Of a DNA stretch of 64,000 nt, positions 17,594-26,991 are shown piece by piece. The stretch covers positions 31,692 to 95,691 of the forward strand of contig JABAZV010000006.1 of assembly GCA_018608435.1 (NCBI GenBank), read 5' to 3'. The position numbers and the translations under genes are program-made. The notes under the pieces are model-generated. The model made no database searches. It saw nothing but the letters and a program-made list of their open reading frames with translations, and had not been told where the DNA came from. How positions within the stretch are numbered: the first letter of the stretch is position 1; every line of letters starts with the position of its first letter. This DNA comes from Patescibacteria group bacterium (lineage in GTDB: Bacteria > Patescibacteriota > Minisyncoccia > Phycocordibacterales > UBA918).

Positions 17594-18055
17594 ATGAAGC
17601 AAAAAGCCTCCATAAGTGACAAAGCGAAACAGGTTGGTAACGCTATGATAAAAACTGATATTAAGTCAGAAAAGTTGCTTTTGTATGCCTCGCAACCAGC
17701 AGCTGGCTTTCCGGCACCAGGAGACGATCTGGTTGAAGCTCCACTTGATTTAAATGATTTACTTGTAGAAAACCCTACCAGTACGTTTTTTGTTCGCGTG
17801 TCTGGTGATTCTATGGAAGGCGCGCGTATTTTTGAAGGCGATATTTTGGTGGTAGATCGTTCAATTGAGCCTTCTCATGGCCGGATTGTGGTAGCTGCTG
17901 TGTATGGTGAATTGGTTATAAAGCGTTTACAAAAAACTCCCACAGGATTAGCTCTGGTGTCAGAGCAAAAAGGATATGAGCCAATTATTATCGATGATGT
18001 GGATGGTTGTTTTATTTGGGGAGTAGCAATTGGTTCGGCCAGGGTTTTGCTGTAA
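17594..18055 (+). CDS. umuD: UmuD-like S24 peptidase (translesion synthesis accessory protein)
   Basis: AGFPAPGDDLVEAPLDLNDLLVENPTSTFFVRVSGDSM aligns with E. coli UmuD [38 protein letters not shown]. This includes the Ala-Gly self-cleavage site, the Ser nucleophile and the Lys in VIKRL. There is no N-terminal HTH, so it is not LexA. Confidence 0.85.
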   Translation: MKQKASISDKAKQVGNAMIKTDIKSEKLLLYASQPAAGFPAPGDDLVEAPLDLNDLLVENPTSTFFVRVSGDSMEGARIFEGDILVVDRSIEPSHGRIVVAAVYGELVIKRLQKTPTGLALVSEQKGYEPIIIDDVDGCFIWGVAIGSARVLL

Positions 18056-18058
18056 GTA

Positions 18059-19288
18059 ATGTTTATAATCTACGTCTTTAGTACTATGAAAAATCAACTT
18101 GAAAAAACAACACATAATCAAATTTTATATATAGCCATGCTCTGGCTATTTCTAGCACTAGCTCCTGCTGTGGCGCACGGCGCTAGTAATCAGGTGGCTG
18201 TATGGATACCGTGGTGGGCGGAAGAAGCAGGAGCAGAAGATGCCGCTGCTCAAATACGCGATCTAGACGTCATCTATCCTTTTGTTTTTGAAGTAGAGGC
18301 TGACGGAAGTCTTAGAAACATGGTGGATTTCAAGGATGATCATTGGGAAGATTTGTTTGATAAGGCTGATGATCGGCGCGTGGATGTTGTTCCTACAGTC
18401 ATGTGGTTTGCTGGCTCAGAAATACATGAAGTTTTAAGTGATAGGCGCAAGCGAGAAAACCATGTTGAAGAGATTGTCGATATGGTGCGCAAAAATCGCT
18501 TCGATGGTGTAAATATTGATTATGAAAGTAAGTTAGCTGAAACTATCGATTACTTCTCTCTCTTTTTAAAAGAACTTGAAGACGAGCTCGGTCGCCGCGA
18601 TCTCACTTGTACCATAGAAGCACGCATGCCTCCCGAGTCTCGTTGGATTAATCCTCCTGCAGTTATTGAATATGCTAACGACTACAAAGAAATGAATCGT
18701 CATTGTGATTGGGTAGAAATCATGGCGTACGACCAACAGCGAGCTGATGTAAAGTTAAATAACGAACGTCGCGGAGTGCCGTATTCTCCAGTGGCAGACA
18801 TTGACTGGGTAGAAAAGGTGGTTGATCTCGCACTAGAAGATATCGATGAAGATAAAATAATGCTAGGGATCCCAACTTACGGTCGAGCTTGGGATGTGAC
18901 AGTGGCTTCAGAGTGGTATCGTGACTACAATCTAGTTACGTCCCTTAACCCAAAAAGAATAATTGAGCTTTCAAAGAAGTATGATTCGCTGATTGGAAGG
19001 ACTGCTGGTGGGGAAGCTGTTATTACGTACTTTCCTGAAGACTCACCGTGGCGATTGCTTAACCAATTACCAGCCCCTACAGGAACGCCTAAAGGTTACG
19101 AAGCAGCCGCCAAGGCTCTGCTCGTGGCAACGTACGCAGATATCGAAATTCCAGTTCGTTTTGTTTCTTGGAGTGATGCGCAAGCGATTGAAGATAAGTT
19201 GGACTTAGCTGACAAATATGATTTGCGAGGAGTGGCGATATTTAAAGTTGACGGCGAGGAAGACAAAAATATGTGGGATTTATTTTAA
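18059..19288 (+). CDS. Secreted glycoside hydrolase family 18-like protein, encoded between umuD and umuC
   Basis: It has a signal peptide. DGVNIDYE fits the GH18 catalytic motif D-G-x-(D/N)-x-D-x-E. The N-terminal VWIPWW is GH18-like. The gene starts 3 nt after the umuD stop. Confidence 0.75.
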   Translation: MFIIYVFSTMKNQLEKTTHNQILYIAMLWLFLALAPAVAHGASNQVAVWIPWWAEEAGAEDAAAQIRDLDVIYPFVFEVEADGSLRNMVDFKDDHWEDLFDKADDRRVDVVPTVMWFAGSEIHEVLSDRRKRENHVEEIVDMVRKNRFDGVNIDYESKLAETIDYFSLFLKELEDELGRRDLTCTIEARMPPESRWINPPAVIEYANDYKEMNRHCDWVEIMAYDQQRADVKLNNERRGVPYSPVADIDWVEKVVDLALEDIDEDKIMLGIPTYGRAWDVTVASEWYRDYNLVTSLNPKRIIELSKKYDSLIGRTAGGEAVITYFPEDSPWRLLNQLPAPTGTPKGYEAAAKALLVATYADIEIPVRFVSWSDAQAIEDKLDLADKYDLRGVAIFKVDGEEDKNMWDLF

Positions 19289-19400
19289 GACAGTACTTCT
19301 TATTCAGAAAGATAAAGTGCCGACTCTAATAGAGTGCGGCATTTTATTTTGCCAGTTTTAGAACATTGCCGAAGACACGGTCGATGGATATACTACTTGT

Positions 19401-20651
19401 ATGTCAAAACCACTTATCGGCTTGCTTGATTGTAATAATTTTTTTGTGTCATGTGAGCGTTTATTCCGACCTGATTTATTGGGTCGGCCAGTTATCGTCC
19501 TCTCAAGTAATGACGGTTGCGTAGTGGCCCGTTCGCAAGAAGTAAAGGACATCGGAGTAGAAATGGGTGTCCCTTACTTTAAAATAAAGGACACTGTAAA
19601 AGAGCACGGAATAGCAACGTTTTCTTCACATTTTGCTCTGTACAGAGATATTTCCAGAAGAGTGTTTGCTGTAATGAAAAGGGAATTAGAAGTAGTGGAG
19701 CAGTACTCAGTTGATGAAGCTTTTTTTATTATAAACAAGGATCATACTGAAACTGTAGTTAATTTAAAATCAACCATTGAGAAACTTGTCGGCATTCCTG
19801 TTTCTGTTGGAGTAGGGGCAAGTAAAACTCAAGCTAAATATGCTAGCGAACTTGCTAAGAAAGGTTCTGGCATAAAGGTCCTTACTCCAATCGAATGGAA
19901 TAGTTTGGCAGATAGTATCCCTCTTGGCCAATTGTGGGGAGTTGGTGGCAAATCATCAAAGCGGTATAAACAGCACAATTTGTTTACTGTCAGTGATATT
20001 TTAAATGCGGATTCAGGCAGAATAGCGCAATTGTTTGGGGTGAATGGTATTCGCTTGCAGCAGGAATTATTAGGTGATTTAACCCCTAAAATAGAACAAA
20101 AGCATGCTCCGCAACAAAGCATTACGAGCTCTCGTTCTTTTGCAAATTCGGTTACTGAACTGTCGATTTTGTACGATGCTGTTGCTTACCATGTGCGTCA
20201 CGCGGCAGCAGACTTGCGTGCACAAAAGCAGAATGCTGGCAAGATAATAGTCTCAATTAGACCTGGTCGATACGGTGATTTTGTCTTGCGTGGTGGCTCT
20301 AAAGAAGCTGTTTTCACCTCGCCTACAAACGACACTGTTGCTCTGATGACTTGTGCAGAAAAGCTTGTGTGTGATCTGTATGAAAAAGGTGTTCCGTACA
20401 AGAAAGTAGGAATAACTCTTTCTTTATTGCGCCCTGTAGGGGAAAGACAGACAGCCTTGTTTGCTGACCAAACACCAGAAGCAGGGTCGAAGCTACTGGC
20501 CGCAGTCGACATTTTAAACCAAAAGGTAGGGAAGGAGGTTGTGCTGTTTGGCAGTCGACTACAAACTAAAAAATGGCAATCTCGTTCAGCCTCTCAGTCC
20601 CCCTCGTATACAACTAACTGGAAAGACATTGCTACAGCACAGGCTTCATAG
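19401..20651 (+). CDS. umuC: Y-family DNA polymerase, UmuC-like (error-prone translesion polymerase V catalytic subunit)
   Basis: The N-terminus IGLLDCNNFFVSCERLFRPDLLGRPVIVLSSNDGCVVARSQEVKDIGVEMGVPYF aligns with E. coli UmuC FALCDVNAFYASCETVFRPDLWGKPVVVLSNNDGCVIARNAEAKALGVKMGDPWF. A umuD homologue lies upstream. Confidence 0.9.
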   Translation: MSKPLIGLLDCNNFFVSCERLFRPDLLGRPVIVLSSNDGCVVARSQEVKDIGVEMGVPYFKIKDTVKEHGIATFSSHFALYRDISRRVFAVMKRELEVVEQYSVDEAFFIINKDHTETVVNLKSTIEKLVGIPVSVGVGASKTQAKYASELAKKGSGIKVLTPIEWNSLADSIPLGQLWGVGGKSSKRYKQHNLFTVSDILNADSGRIAQLFGVNGIRLQQELLGDLTPKIEQKHAPQQSITSSRSFANSVTELSILYDAVAYHVRHAAADLRAQKQNAGKIIVSIRPGRYGDFVLRGGSKEAVFTSPTNDTVALMTCAEKLVCDLYEKGVPYKKVGITLSLLRPVGERQTALFADQTPEAGSKLLAAVDILNQKVGKEVVLFGSRLQTKKWQSRSASQSPSYTTNWKDIATAQAS

Positions 20652-21127
20652 GACAAGTGTCTGTTTGTGGGGTTTTTAGTATCCGACATTTGTACCAGAG
20701 CCCGTTTAGCGCTCATGTCCGTTTGTGTGATTATTAGCCATTAAAACTAGGTGTTTTCTAAAGGAACAAAGGTCAGCTCAAAAAGGTTATCAACAGTCAA
20801 TATCGGACAGTTGCATAAAGACTTAGTACAATACTTTTAGATCGGTAGTAGTTAAGTCGTTTAAACATTTTTCTTCAATGCGCACCGACACCCGTTTTAG
20901 CCAACGTAAGTGTCGATTGCAAAAAAGTATTTTATTAAAATGTTTGTTGCGGCTATACAGATAAAATTTCACTAAAGGCTGAGTTTTCTCACATATTGTG
21001 AATTACTTTATCTCTCCACAAACAACTACTATCGACCAGTACTTCAAGAGTTTCTCAATAAAAAACAAATTAAAATATTGAGTAAGTTCTCAGTACAAAG
21101 TTATTTAAAATAATTATAAATATAAAC

Positions 21128-22207
21128 ATGTTCGCAAAAGCAACTAAAGTTGGCTTTGCGCAGCAGGTGGTCGCGACACTTGTTGCAAGCGCAGTACTTA
21201 TGTGGTCATTTGGAATGTACCACACTGCGCAAGCAGCTAACCTCACTTTAATTAGTGACACCCTCGGCACTTCGGAGCCGGCGGTGACCTCAACACACTC
21301 AATTGCCTTCACTATCCCAACCGGCTCTGCGCTGGCGGATGGTGACACGGTAACTATTACATTCCCCGTAGGCTTTACAGGCGTTGCAGCAGTAGCCGAT
21401 GCTAATACCGACATTACTGTCGGAGGAACGCTAGATGTTGATGGTTCGGCAACCGTCGCAGGCGCTGGCCAAAGTATTACATTTAATACTGTGGCTGCAG
21501 CGGCGGGGCAAGAAATAATAGTCGCGATCGATGATTTGATTATTACAAATCCAGCAGTAGTTGGTTCGTATGAAATCTCACTTGATACTGGAACAGGTGG
21601 AGATAATGGTAACACTCGTGTTGCCATTATCGACACTGTACTAGTTACTGCAGCAGTTCTTACAACTTTTGATTTCACAATCATTGGAACTGCAACTTCT
21701 ACAGCAGTTAACGGAACATCAACTACTGGCTCAACTACTCCAACTGCCGTACCGTTTGGTACCGTGTCAGCTGGAGAAGTTAACACTCTCGCTCAACGTC
21801 TAACTGTATCTACAAACGCACGAAACGGTTTTGTGGTTACGGTACAAAGTGACGGTGAACTAGAGTCTTCAAACGGAGCGATCATTGACAGCTTCACCAA
21901 CGGTACTGACATTGCAGTTGCAGGTACCGCTTGGGCATCACCTACAAACCTCGTAGCAGATGAAGCGACTTGGGGTCACTGGGGAATCACTTATGATGAT
22001 GACGCAACAGTAGATCTTGCAGCCAATGAATTTATTGCTGCTTCTACTACACCGCGAGAAGTCTTCAGTCACACAGCTGCAGCTGATGGAGTAACACCAA
22101 ACATTGGTAGTACAACTATTGGCTACCAGCTAGAGATTACTCCACTACAGGAAGCGGCCGATGATTACAGCACTATTCTGACATTCATTGCAACACCTAC
22201 TTTCTAG
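21128..22207 (+). CDS. Secreted surface protein (signal peptide; N-terminal about 60-aa domain paralogous to that of ORF 24360..26258)
   Basis: Cleavage looks to follow AQA. The N-domain is SDTLGTSEP...THSIAFTI...GDTVTITFPVGF. The 24360 ORF has SDTISDSGP...HTLNFIL...GSTFEITPPSGF. The opposite-strand ORF 21070..21786 is a shadow. Confidence 0.7.
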   Translation: MFAKATKVGFAQQVVATLVASAVLMWSFGMYHTAQAANLTLISDTLGTSEPAVTSTHSIAFTIPTGSALADGDTVTITFPVGFTGVAAVADANTDITVGGTLDVDGSATVAGAGQSITFNTVAAAAGQEIIVAIDDLIITNPAVVGSYEISLDTGTGGDNGNTRVAIIDTVLVTAAVLTTFDFTIIGTATSTAVNGTSTTGSTTPTAVPFGTVSAGEVNTLAQRLTVSTNARNGFVVTVQSDGELESSNGAIIDSFTNGTDIAVAGTAWASPTNLVADEATWGHWGITYDDDATVDLAANEFIAASTTPREVFSHTAAADGVTPNIGSTTIGYQLEITPLQEAADDYSTILTFIATPTF

Positions 22208-22230
22208 TAAATGCAAATCTGAAATGGACA

Positions 22231-22259
22231 CAAAACCCTCTTTGAGGGTTTTTGTTTTG
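22231..22259 (+). terminator. Rho-independent terminator (AAACCCTC-TTTG-AGGGTTT plus T-run)
   Basis: caaaaccctctttgagggtttttgttttg lies 25 nt after the stop at 22207. Confidence 0.75.
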
Positions 22260-22668
22260 TCTGTTGCTCATGCTAGACAAGCTTTCGACAATATTATTTT
22301 TTCACATTTTTGATATTTATCATATTTTATTCTGAATTTTACGCTTGCCAATTTAATTGTCATAACAAGTTTATTTTCATAAATAATATTTAAAAGTGGC
22401 TTAGCTTTGTTAAAACTTTGGGTCAGATCTTGGTTAAGAAAGGTCTTTTAGATTTAAAAATATTTACAGTGTTTGTAGTTTCAGTTTAAAATATGGTTAA
22501 AGGTGAACCCAAATATGACATCGACTTTAGTTGTAAGCATGAGGATTGGTACACATTTTTTCGTACACATTTATAAATAATGTGTTCGTTTTGTGAATAG
22601 TAAAGACATACACAGTTGCAGGGTGATATGATGGTATTAATTATCAAATTTATAGTCAAAGCTGACAC

Positions 22669-23763
22669 ATGACATCAATCCCTCATTTTTTATCGACCTA
22701 TTTTATATCATGTGCGAAATTGGTGGTTGTCGCCTTTTTTATTGTAGTTTTCTTTATTTTCCCCATACTTGCGACGGCGCAAGAAGAAGGGGTCGGTATT
22801 TCTCCTGCGACGATCGAAGAAACTATAGATCCTGGAGTGACAAAAGAATACGCGGTGACTATAGAGAACCTGAATAATAGTGAACAGAAATATTTTTTGT
22901 CCACTCGAAATATAAAAGGAGTAGAAGCTGGTGGTGTTCCTGTATTCGCTACAGATAATTTAGAGAAGACTGGTTATGAGTTAGCAGATTGGATAGATTT
23001 GTCTGTGACAGAAGTTGTCGTTCCTTCTCGCGGTAAAGTTCAGGTTCCTTTTGTACTAAGTGTGCCAGAAGCCGCTTCTCCTGGAAGTCACTTTGGAGGA
23101 GTTTTTATTTCGGTGGACCCTCCTGATATTGTGGGTAGTGGTGCAGCTGTGGGATATCAAGTAGCAAACATTATAAGCATAAGAGTTTCGGGTGACGCTA
23201 TCGAACAGGCTGGTGTACGTGAATTTTCAACTGTTAACTTTTTCCATAATTCACAAGATGTTGATTTTCAAGTAAGAATTGAGAACACAGGAAATGTTTT
23301 AGTGCGCCCCACTGGACCGCTTGAGATTTACAACATGTTAGGAAATAAAGTTGGTAACATCGTTTTTAACGAAAGTCAAAGCGGCGTATTTCCAGGAACG
23401 GTAGAGACTTTCTCAAATATAAATTGGACAGGGGATTCGCTTGGGTTCGGTCGTTATGAAGCGGTAGTTAGCCCGGTTTATGGTGATTTTGGAGCCATAA
23501 AGACCATGACAAGTACTGTTACTTTTTGGATTCTACCGATGAGCATTATCGGTCCTGCTCTTGGTGTGCTGGCTGTGCTGGTTTTACTTACATACATATT
23601 TGTGCGCATCTACATCAAGAGATCTCTTGCTCACATAACGCAGGGCAGGAGAATTGTTCGTAAGCGTAATCAGCAAGGGTCGTCAGCCTGGTTACTTGTT
23701 ACAGTAATGGTATTGGCGGTCACAGCTCTATTTCTCATTGTGTTGTTGGCTCTGTTTGCGTAA
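22669..23763 (+). CDS. Cell-surface protein with an N-terminal signal/TM, an Ig-like extracellular region and a C-terminal TM anchor (DUF916/DUF3324-like or COG1470-like architecture)
   Basis: GISPATIEETIDPGVTKEYAVTIENLNNSEQKYFLS resembles the DUF916 N-terminus pattern. There are two C-terminal TM helices. The assignment rests on pattern and architecture, not on a confirmed HMM hit. Confidence 0.6.
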   Translation: MTSIPHFLSTYFISCAKLVVVAFFIVVFFIFPILATAQEEGVGISPATIEETIDPGVTKEYAVTIENLNNSEQKYFLSTRNIKGVEAGGVPVFATDNLEKTGYELADWIDLSVTEVVVPSRGKVQVPFVLSVPEAASPGSHFGGVFISVDPPDIVGSGAAVGYQVANIISIRVSGDAIEQAGVREFSTVNFFHNSQDVDFQVRIENTGNVLVRPTGPLEIYNMLGNKVGNIVFNESQSGVFPGTVETFSNINWTGDSLGFGRYEAVVSPVYGDFGAIKTMTSTVTFWILPMSIIGPALGVLAVLVLLTYIFVRIYIKRSLAHITQGRRIVRKRNQQGSSAWLLVTVMVLAVTALFLIVLLALFA

Positions 23764-23791
23764 TTTACAATTGTGTGACATATTAAAACAT

Positions 23792-24238
23792 ATGGCATCT
23801 GACGCAATAAACAACAATGTGATACCGAAATTGAAGCAATTTTCGATGTATCATAAAGCATTGCGAATTGCTATGGCTGTCGCATCTGTCGCACTTGTGT
23901 TTGAAAGTGGTTTGGTTGATGATTCTACTGCTCGCATGTCGCAGCAAACTCATCAGTACTTGGCTAATGCAGTTGGCATGACAACTTCTGTTAGTCCAAC
24001 AGAGCTCAATCAGTACACCGCCGCCCTAACGGCAAAAGAAAAAGCTCTTGCTGATCGAGAAGCTGCCTTGGAAGAACGTGAACTATCGATCGGTTTGTCG
24101 TCTGGGGTTAGTACTCCAGGAAATCAACAGGCAACGTATATTTTGGCTAGCGTTCTGTTTATATTGTTGGCACTAATATTGCTAAACTACATTCTTGATT
24201 ACATGCGTTTGCGTCGAGAATCAGTCGTGCAAGTTTAA
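23792..24238 (+). CDS. Small bitopic membrane protein with a central coiled-coil segment (start trimmed to the ATG at 23792)
   Basis: The listed ORF starts at 23738, inside the upstream gene. The downstream ATG gives 148 aa with N- and C-terminal TM helices and a coiled coil (EKALADREAALEERE). Confidence 0.45.
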   Translation: MASDAINNNVIPKLKQFSMYHKALRIAMAVASVALVFESGLVDDSTARMSQQTHQYLANAVGMTTSVSPTELNQYTAALTAKEKALADREAALEERELSIGLSSGVSTPGNQQATYILASVLFILLALILLNYILDYMRLRRESVVQV

Positions 24239-24248
24239 AGAATATAAA

Positions 24249-24279
24249 GATCAGCAAGCAAAACTTGCTGATCTTTTTT
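24249..24279 (+). terminator. Strong Rho-independent terminator (10-bp perfect stem GATCAGCAAG/CTTGCTGATC, CAAAA loop, T6)
   Basis: I read this directly at 24249..24279. Confidence 0.8.
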
Positions 24280-24359
24280 AATGCTTTTCATTCACACATC
24301 GTTTTGCTTCCTGTGTAATAAGTCGTTTTATCTGTCTTGGTGCGCGGTACAATATAAGT

Positions 24360-26258
24360 ATGTTATCTCTAGCACTAAAGAAAGTGTGCCGATTATTACT
24401 ATTTGCACTGTTTGTATTTTCTGGTTGGCTAGTTGTGTCTACTGAAAGTGCGGAGGCAGCAAATATTATACAATACAGCGATACTATAAGTGATTCTGGT
24501 CCGAATCAATTAGCCAATCACACTTTAAATTTTATTCTCAACGCAGCAGCAGGAAGTGGTTCGACCTTTGAAATTACTCCTCCGTCTGGATTTACACTTA
24601 ATTCAACAACAACGTTTGGCGTTCGAAATGTTGAGCTTGTGGTAGATGGCGCCGTACGTTCTGCAGTTGATACTCCTACTGCTGGTGAAGATTCGGTTGA
24701 TATTACTGGTGGTTCTCCTGGTTTTATTAGCTACACTTTGGCTGACGATTACAGTATTCCGGCCGGTAGTGAGCTGACATTTAGAATCGGTAATCATACC
24801 TCCGGTGCCCTAGGAGCTGTCTCTTCTTTCAGTACTACTACTGGTACAACCACTACGCAAGCCGATGTGCCGCCAATACAGAACTCATCTGCTCTTGGGA
24901 GACATGATTTACTGCTTGAAGTATATGATGGTTCTTTGATCGCATCCACTGAGTTTGTTCTTTTTCTAAATAATAAGGTTAATCTACAAGGAATTGATAC
25001 GACAGAAGAAATTCCTCCTTTTCTTTTTAATGGTTCACCGACCAGTACTGTTGGCGGAACCACTTTGAGTGTAGAAATTTCTTTAGAGTCGGATGAGTTT
25101 GCTTTTTGTAGATATAGCACAACTTCGGGCACGGCTTTTACTTCTATGGATCCTGATTCATTCTCTAATACGGGTTTAATATTTCATTCGACAGTAGTTT
25201 CTATTGTTACTGGTCAACTCAACGTATTTTTTGTGCGCTGTATTGACGACGAAGGAAACTTTAATACAGAAGATTTTTTAATCTCTTTCGTCGTATCAGG
25301 TCAGCCAACCGGTACTGCTAACACCGAAGGTGAAACCAGTGGAGATGGAACTGGATCAGGAGATAGCGGTGGAGGAAGTGGTAGTGGATCAGGCGGAACC
25401 TCTGGTGATTCTGATGGTGAGCAACCAGAAGAAGGAAATTCTTCTGGAACTGGCGGTTCTGGTGGAGGTGGGGGTAGAACTTCTGGTGGCGGAGCTGGCG
25501 GTGGATTTGAAAATACAGATGCTTCGTATCGGAGTGGCGACGGACGCGTTGTAATTTCAGGTTACGCTTTTCCAGATAGTGACGTCACTATATTGATTGA
25601 CGGGCAGCTTCACGACACTGTAATAGCAGATGCTGACGGATCGTACTCCATTACTCTCGATGAAATAGCTCGTGGGGCTTATACTTTTGGAGTTTACGCG
25701 GTTGGTGACAATGATGTGAAGTCGTCAACATTCAGTACTTCCTTTACTGTAACTGGTGCTAGGACTTCTTCTTTGAGTAATATTAATGTTGTTCCGTCAG
25801 TACTGGTCGATCCTGACCCAGTTGATATTGGGCAAACTCTGACTATGTCTGGATATGCTTTGCCCAACGCGATTATTTCGATTGAAAACAGTCAACGTGA
25901 ATCAAGTATTGTAAAAGAAATTTCTGCTACTTCAAACAGTGATGGTTTTTGGTCGACTACAGTAGATACAGGTTCTTTCTCCCAAGATACATATCAAGTG
26001 CGGGTAAAGTCTGAGCAAGAGGATGGTGCTGAGACTGGATGGTCTAACTACACATATTATGGTGTTGGCGGAGAAGCTGAAGCTCCTCTTTTCCCCGATT
26101 TAAACCGAGACGGGTTTGTTAATCTTGTCGACTTCTCTATCTTACTTTTCTGGTGGGCAACAGACGGAGGTGACTCTGATCCACCGGCTGACATTAACCG
26201 CGACGGTAATGTGACTCTGACAGACTTCTCTATTCTGCTCTTTAATTGGACTGGATAA
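24360..26258 (+). CDS. Secreted protein with an N-terminal domain paralogous to ORF 21128, a Gly/Ser-rich linker, Ig-like domains and a C-terminal type-I dockerin
   Basis: It has a signal peptide. The C-terminus has DLNRDGFVNLVDFSILLFWW and DINRDGNVTLTDFSILLFNW. These are two canonical dockerin Ca-binding segments with D1-N3-D5-G6-V8-N/T9-D12 spacing. Confidence 0.85.
   Translation: MLSLALKKVCRLLLFALFVFSGWLVVSTESAEAANIIQYSDTISDSGPNQLANHTLNFILNAAAGSGSTFEITPPSGFTLNSTTTFGVRNVELVVDGAVRSAVDTPTAGEDSVDITGGSPGFISYTLADDYSIPAGSELTFRIGNHTSGALGAVSSFSTTTGTTTTQADVPPIQNSSALGRHDLLLEVYDGSLIASTEFVLFLNNKVNLQGIDTTEEIPPFLFNGSPTSTVGGTTLSVEISLESDEFAFCRYSTTSGTAFTSMDPDSFSNTGLIFHSTVVSIVTGQLNVFFVRCIDDEGNFNTEDFLISFVVSGQPTGTANTEGETSGDGTGSGDSGGGSGSGSGGTSGDSDGEQPEEGNSSGTGGSGGGGGRTSGGGAGGGFENTDASYRSGDGRVVISGYAFPDSDVTILIDGQLHDTVIADADGSYSITLDEIARGAYTFGVYAVGDNDVKSSTFSTSFTVTGARTSSLSNINVVPSVLVDPDPVDIGQTLTMSGYALPNAIISIENSQRESSIVKEISATSNSDGFWSTTVDTGSFSQDTYQVRVKSEQEDGAETGWSNYTYYGVGGEAEAPLFPDLNRDGFVNLVDFSILLFWWATDGGDSDPPADINRDGNVTLTDFSILLFNWTG
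26155..26255 (+). other. Dockerin type-I module (two 22-residue Ca-binding repeats) at the C-terminus of ORF 24360..26258
   Basis: The coordinates are approximate. The two segments are quoted in the entry for ORF 24360..26258. Confidence 0.8.
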
Positions 26259-26473
26259 GAGTCAGTTTAATAAACAGTTTATGATATTAAGCAGAGACCG
26301 TAACAATACATTTACGGTTTGTATAAAAGTGATGCACCACTCTGGTGTGTGACTTTTATATCGTAAGCAAAATGTTGTAAATTTAAATTTTGTTAAATTA
26401 AAATTTAAGCTACGAAAACCGTGTATCTCTTTGTTTTCTGTGGGTAAACCATAAACATTTTCTCTGACTACCG

Positions 26474-26479
26474 TATAAT
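26474..26479 (+). promoter_or_regulatory. TATAAT -10 hexamer 8 nt upstream of the hsp20 ATG (putative leaderless promoter)
   Basis: The sequence is ccgTATAATacttacatATG. There is no SD. I found no CIRCE or HAIR element. Confidence 0.35.
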
Positions 26480-26487
26480 ACTTACAT

Positions 26488-26973
26488 ATGTCCTTTCTGC
26501 AGAGACTAAAAGGTAGGGGAGTACGTGATGGTGACGACACGCTTCTTTCTGATGCTGAAGAAACAGCCGTCGACAAGGTTGCTCAGCTCCATGTTGATGT
26601 TTACCAGACTGAGCGGATGATTGTGGTTTACGCACAATCTGCTGGCGCTGACATGAATGACGTTCACGTTTCAATTGAAGGTGATGCGGATATCGTTTTG
26701 ATTGAAGGTCGTCGTGTGCGACCTGAGTACATTGTTTTCCCGCGAAAAAAGGTCAAAGGAGCTTTTGCTGCCGAAGAGTGCGAGTGGGGCGAGTTTTACA
26801 GGCGAATTATTTTGCCTGAAAGCGTTGATATTGACCAGGCGGATGCAAAGATTAAAAACGGAGTTTTAATACTAATTTTACCCTTGCTAAAGCCGAGCGA
26901 AAAGGAAAAGGTTAATCTTAAGGTTACAGGCGGCCGTAAAGAAGGGAAGCGCAAGGTAGCAAAATCTACTTAA
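26488..26973 (+). CDS. Hsp20/alpha-crystallin family small heat-shock protein
   Basis: The alpha-crystallin domain has the motif AKIKNGVLILILP (A..nGvL.i..P). Size and charge distribution also fit. Confidence 0.85.
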   Translation: MSFLQRLKGRGVRDGDDTLLSDAEETAVDKVAQLHVDVYQTERMIVVYAQSAGADMNDVHVSIEGDADIVLIEGRRVRPEYIVFPRKKVKGAFAAEECEWGEFYRRIILPESVDIDQADAKIKNGVLILILPLLKPSEKEKVNLKVTGGRKEGKRKVAKST

Positions 26974-26991
26974 TATAGTTCTATTGTTCTT

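Noticed and set aside
20652-21127. A possible ncRNA or tRNA in the 476-bp intergenic region after umuC
   Set aside because: I could fold no cloverleaf and found no conserved ncRNA signature (tmRNA, RNase P, SRP, 6S). I treat it as a long promoter/UTR region for the surface-protein gene.
21070-21786. A 238-aa ORF on the minus strand overlapping the start of ORF 21128..22207
   Set aside because: The plus-strand ORF has a clean signal peptide, a paralogue (ORF 24360) and a downstream terminator. The minus ORF is an Ala/Val/Thr-rich shadow of a GC-skewed coding region and has no start context.
26260-26487. CIRCE (TTAGCACTC-N9-GAGTGCTAA) or HAIR heat-shock operators upstream of hsp20
   Set aside because: I scanned the region by eye and found no match. 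Only a TATAAT hexamer is present.
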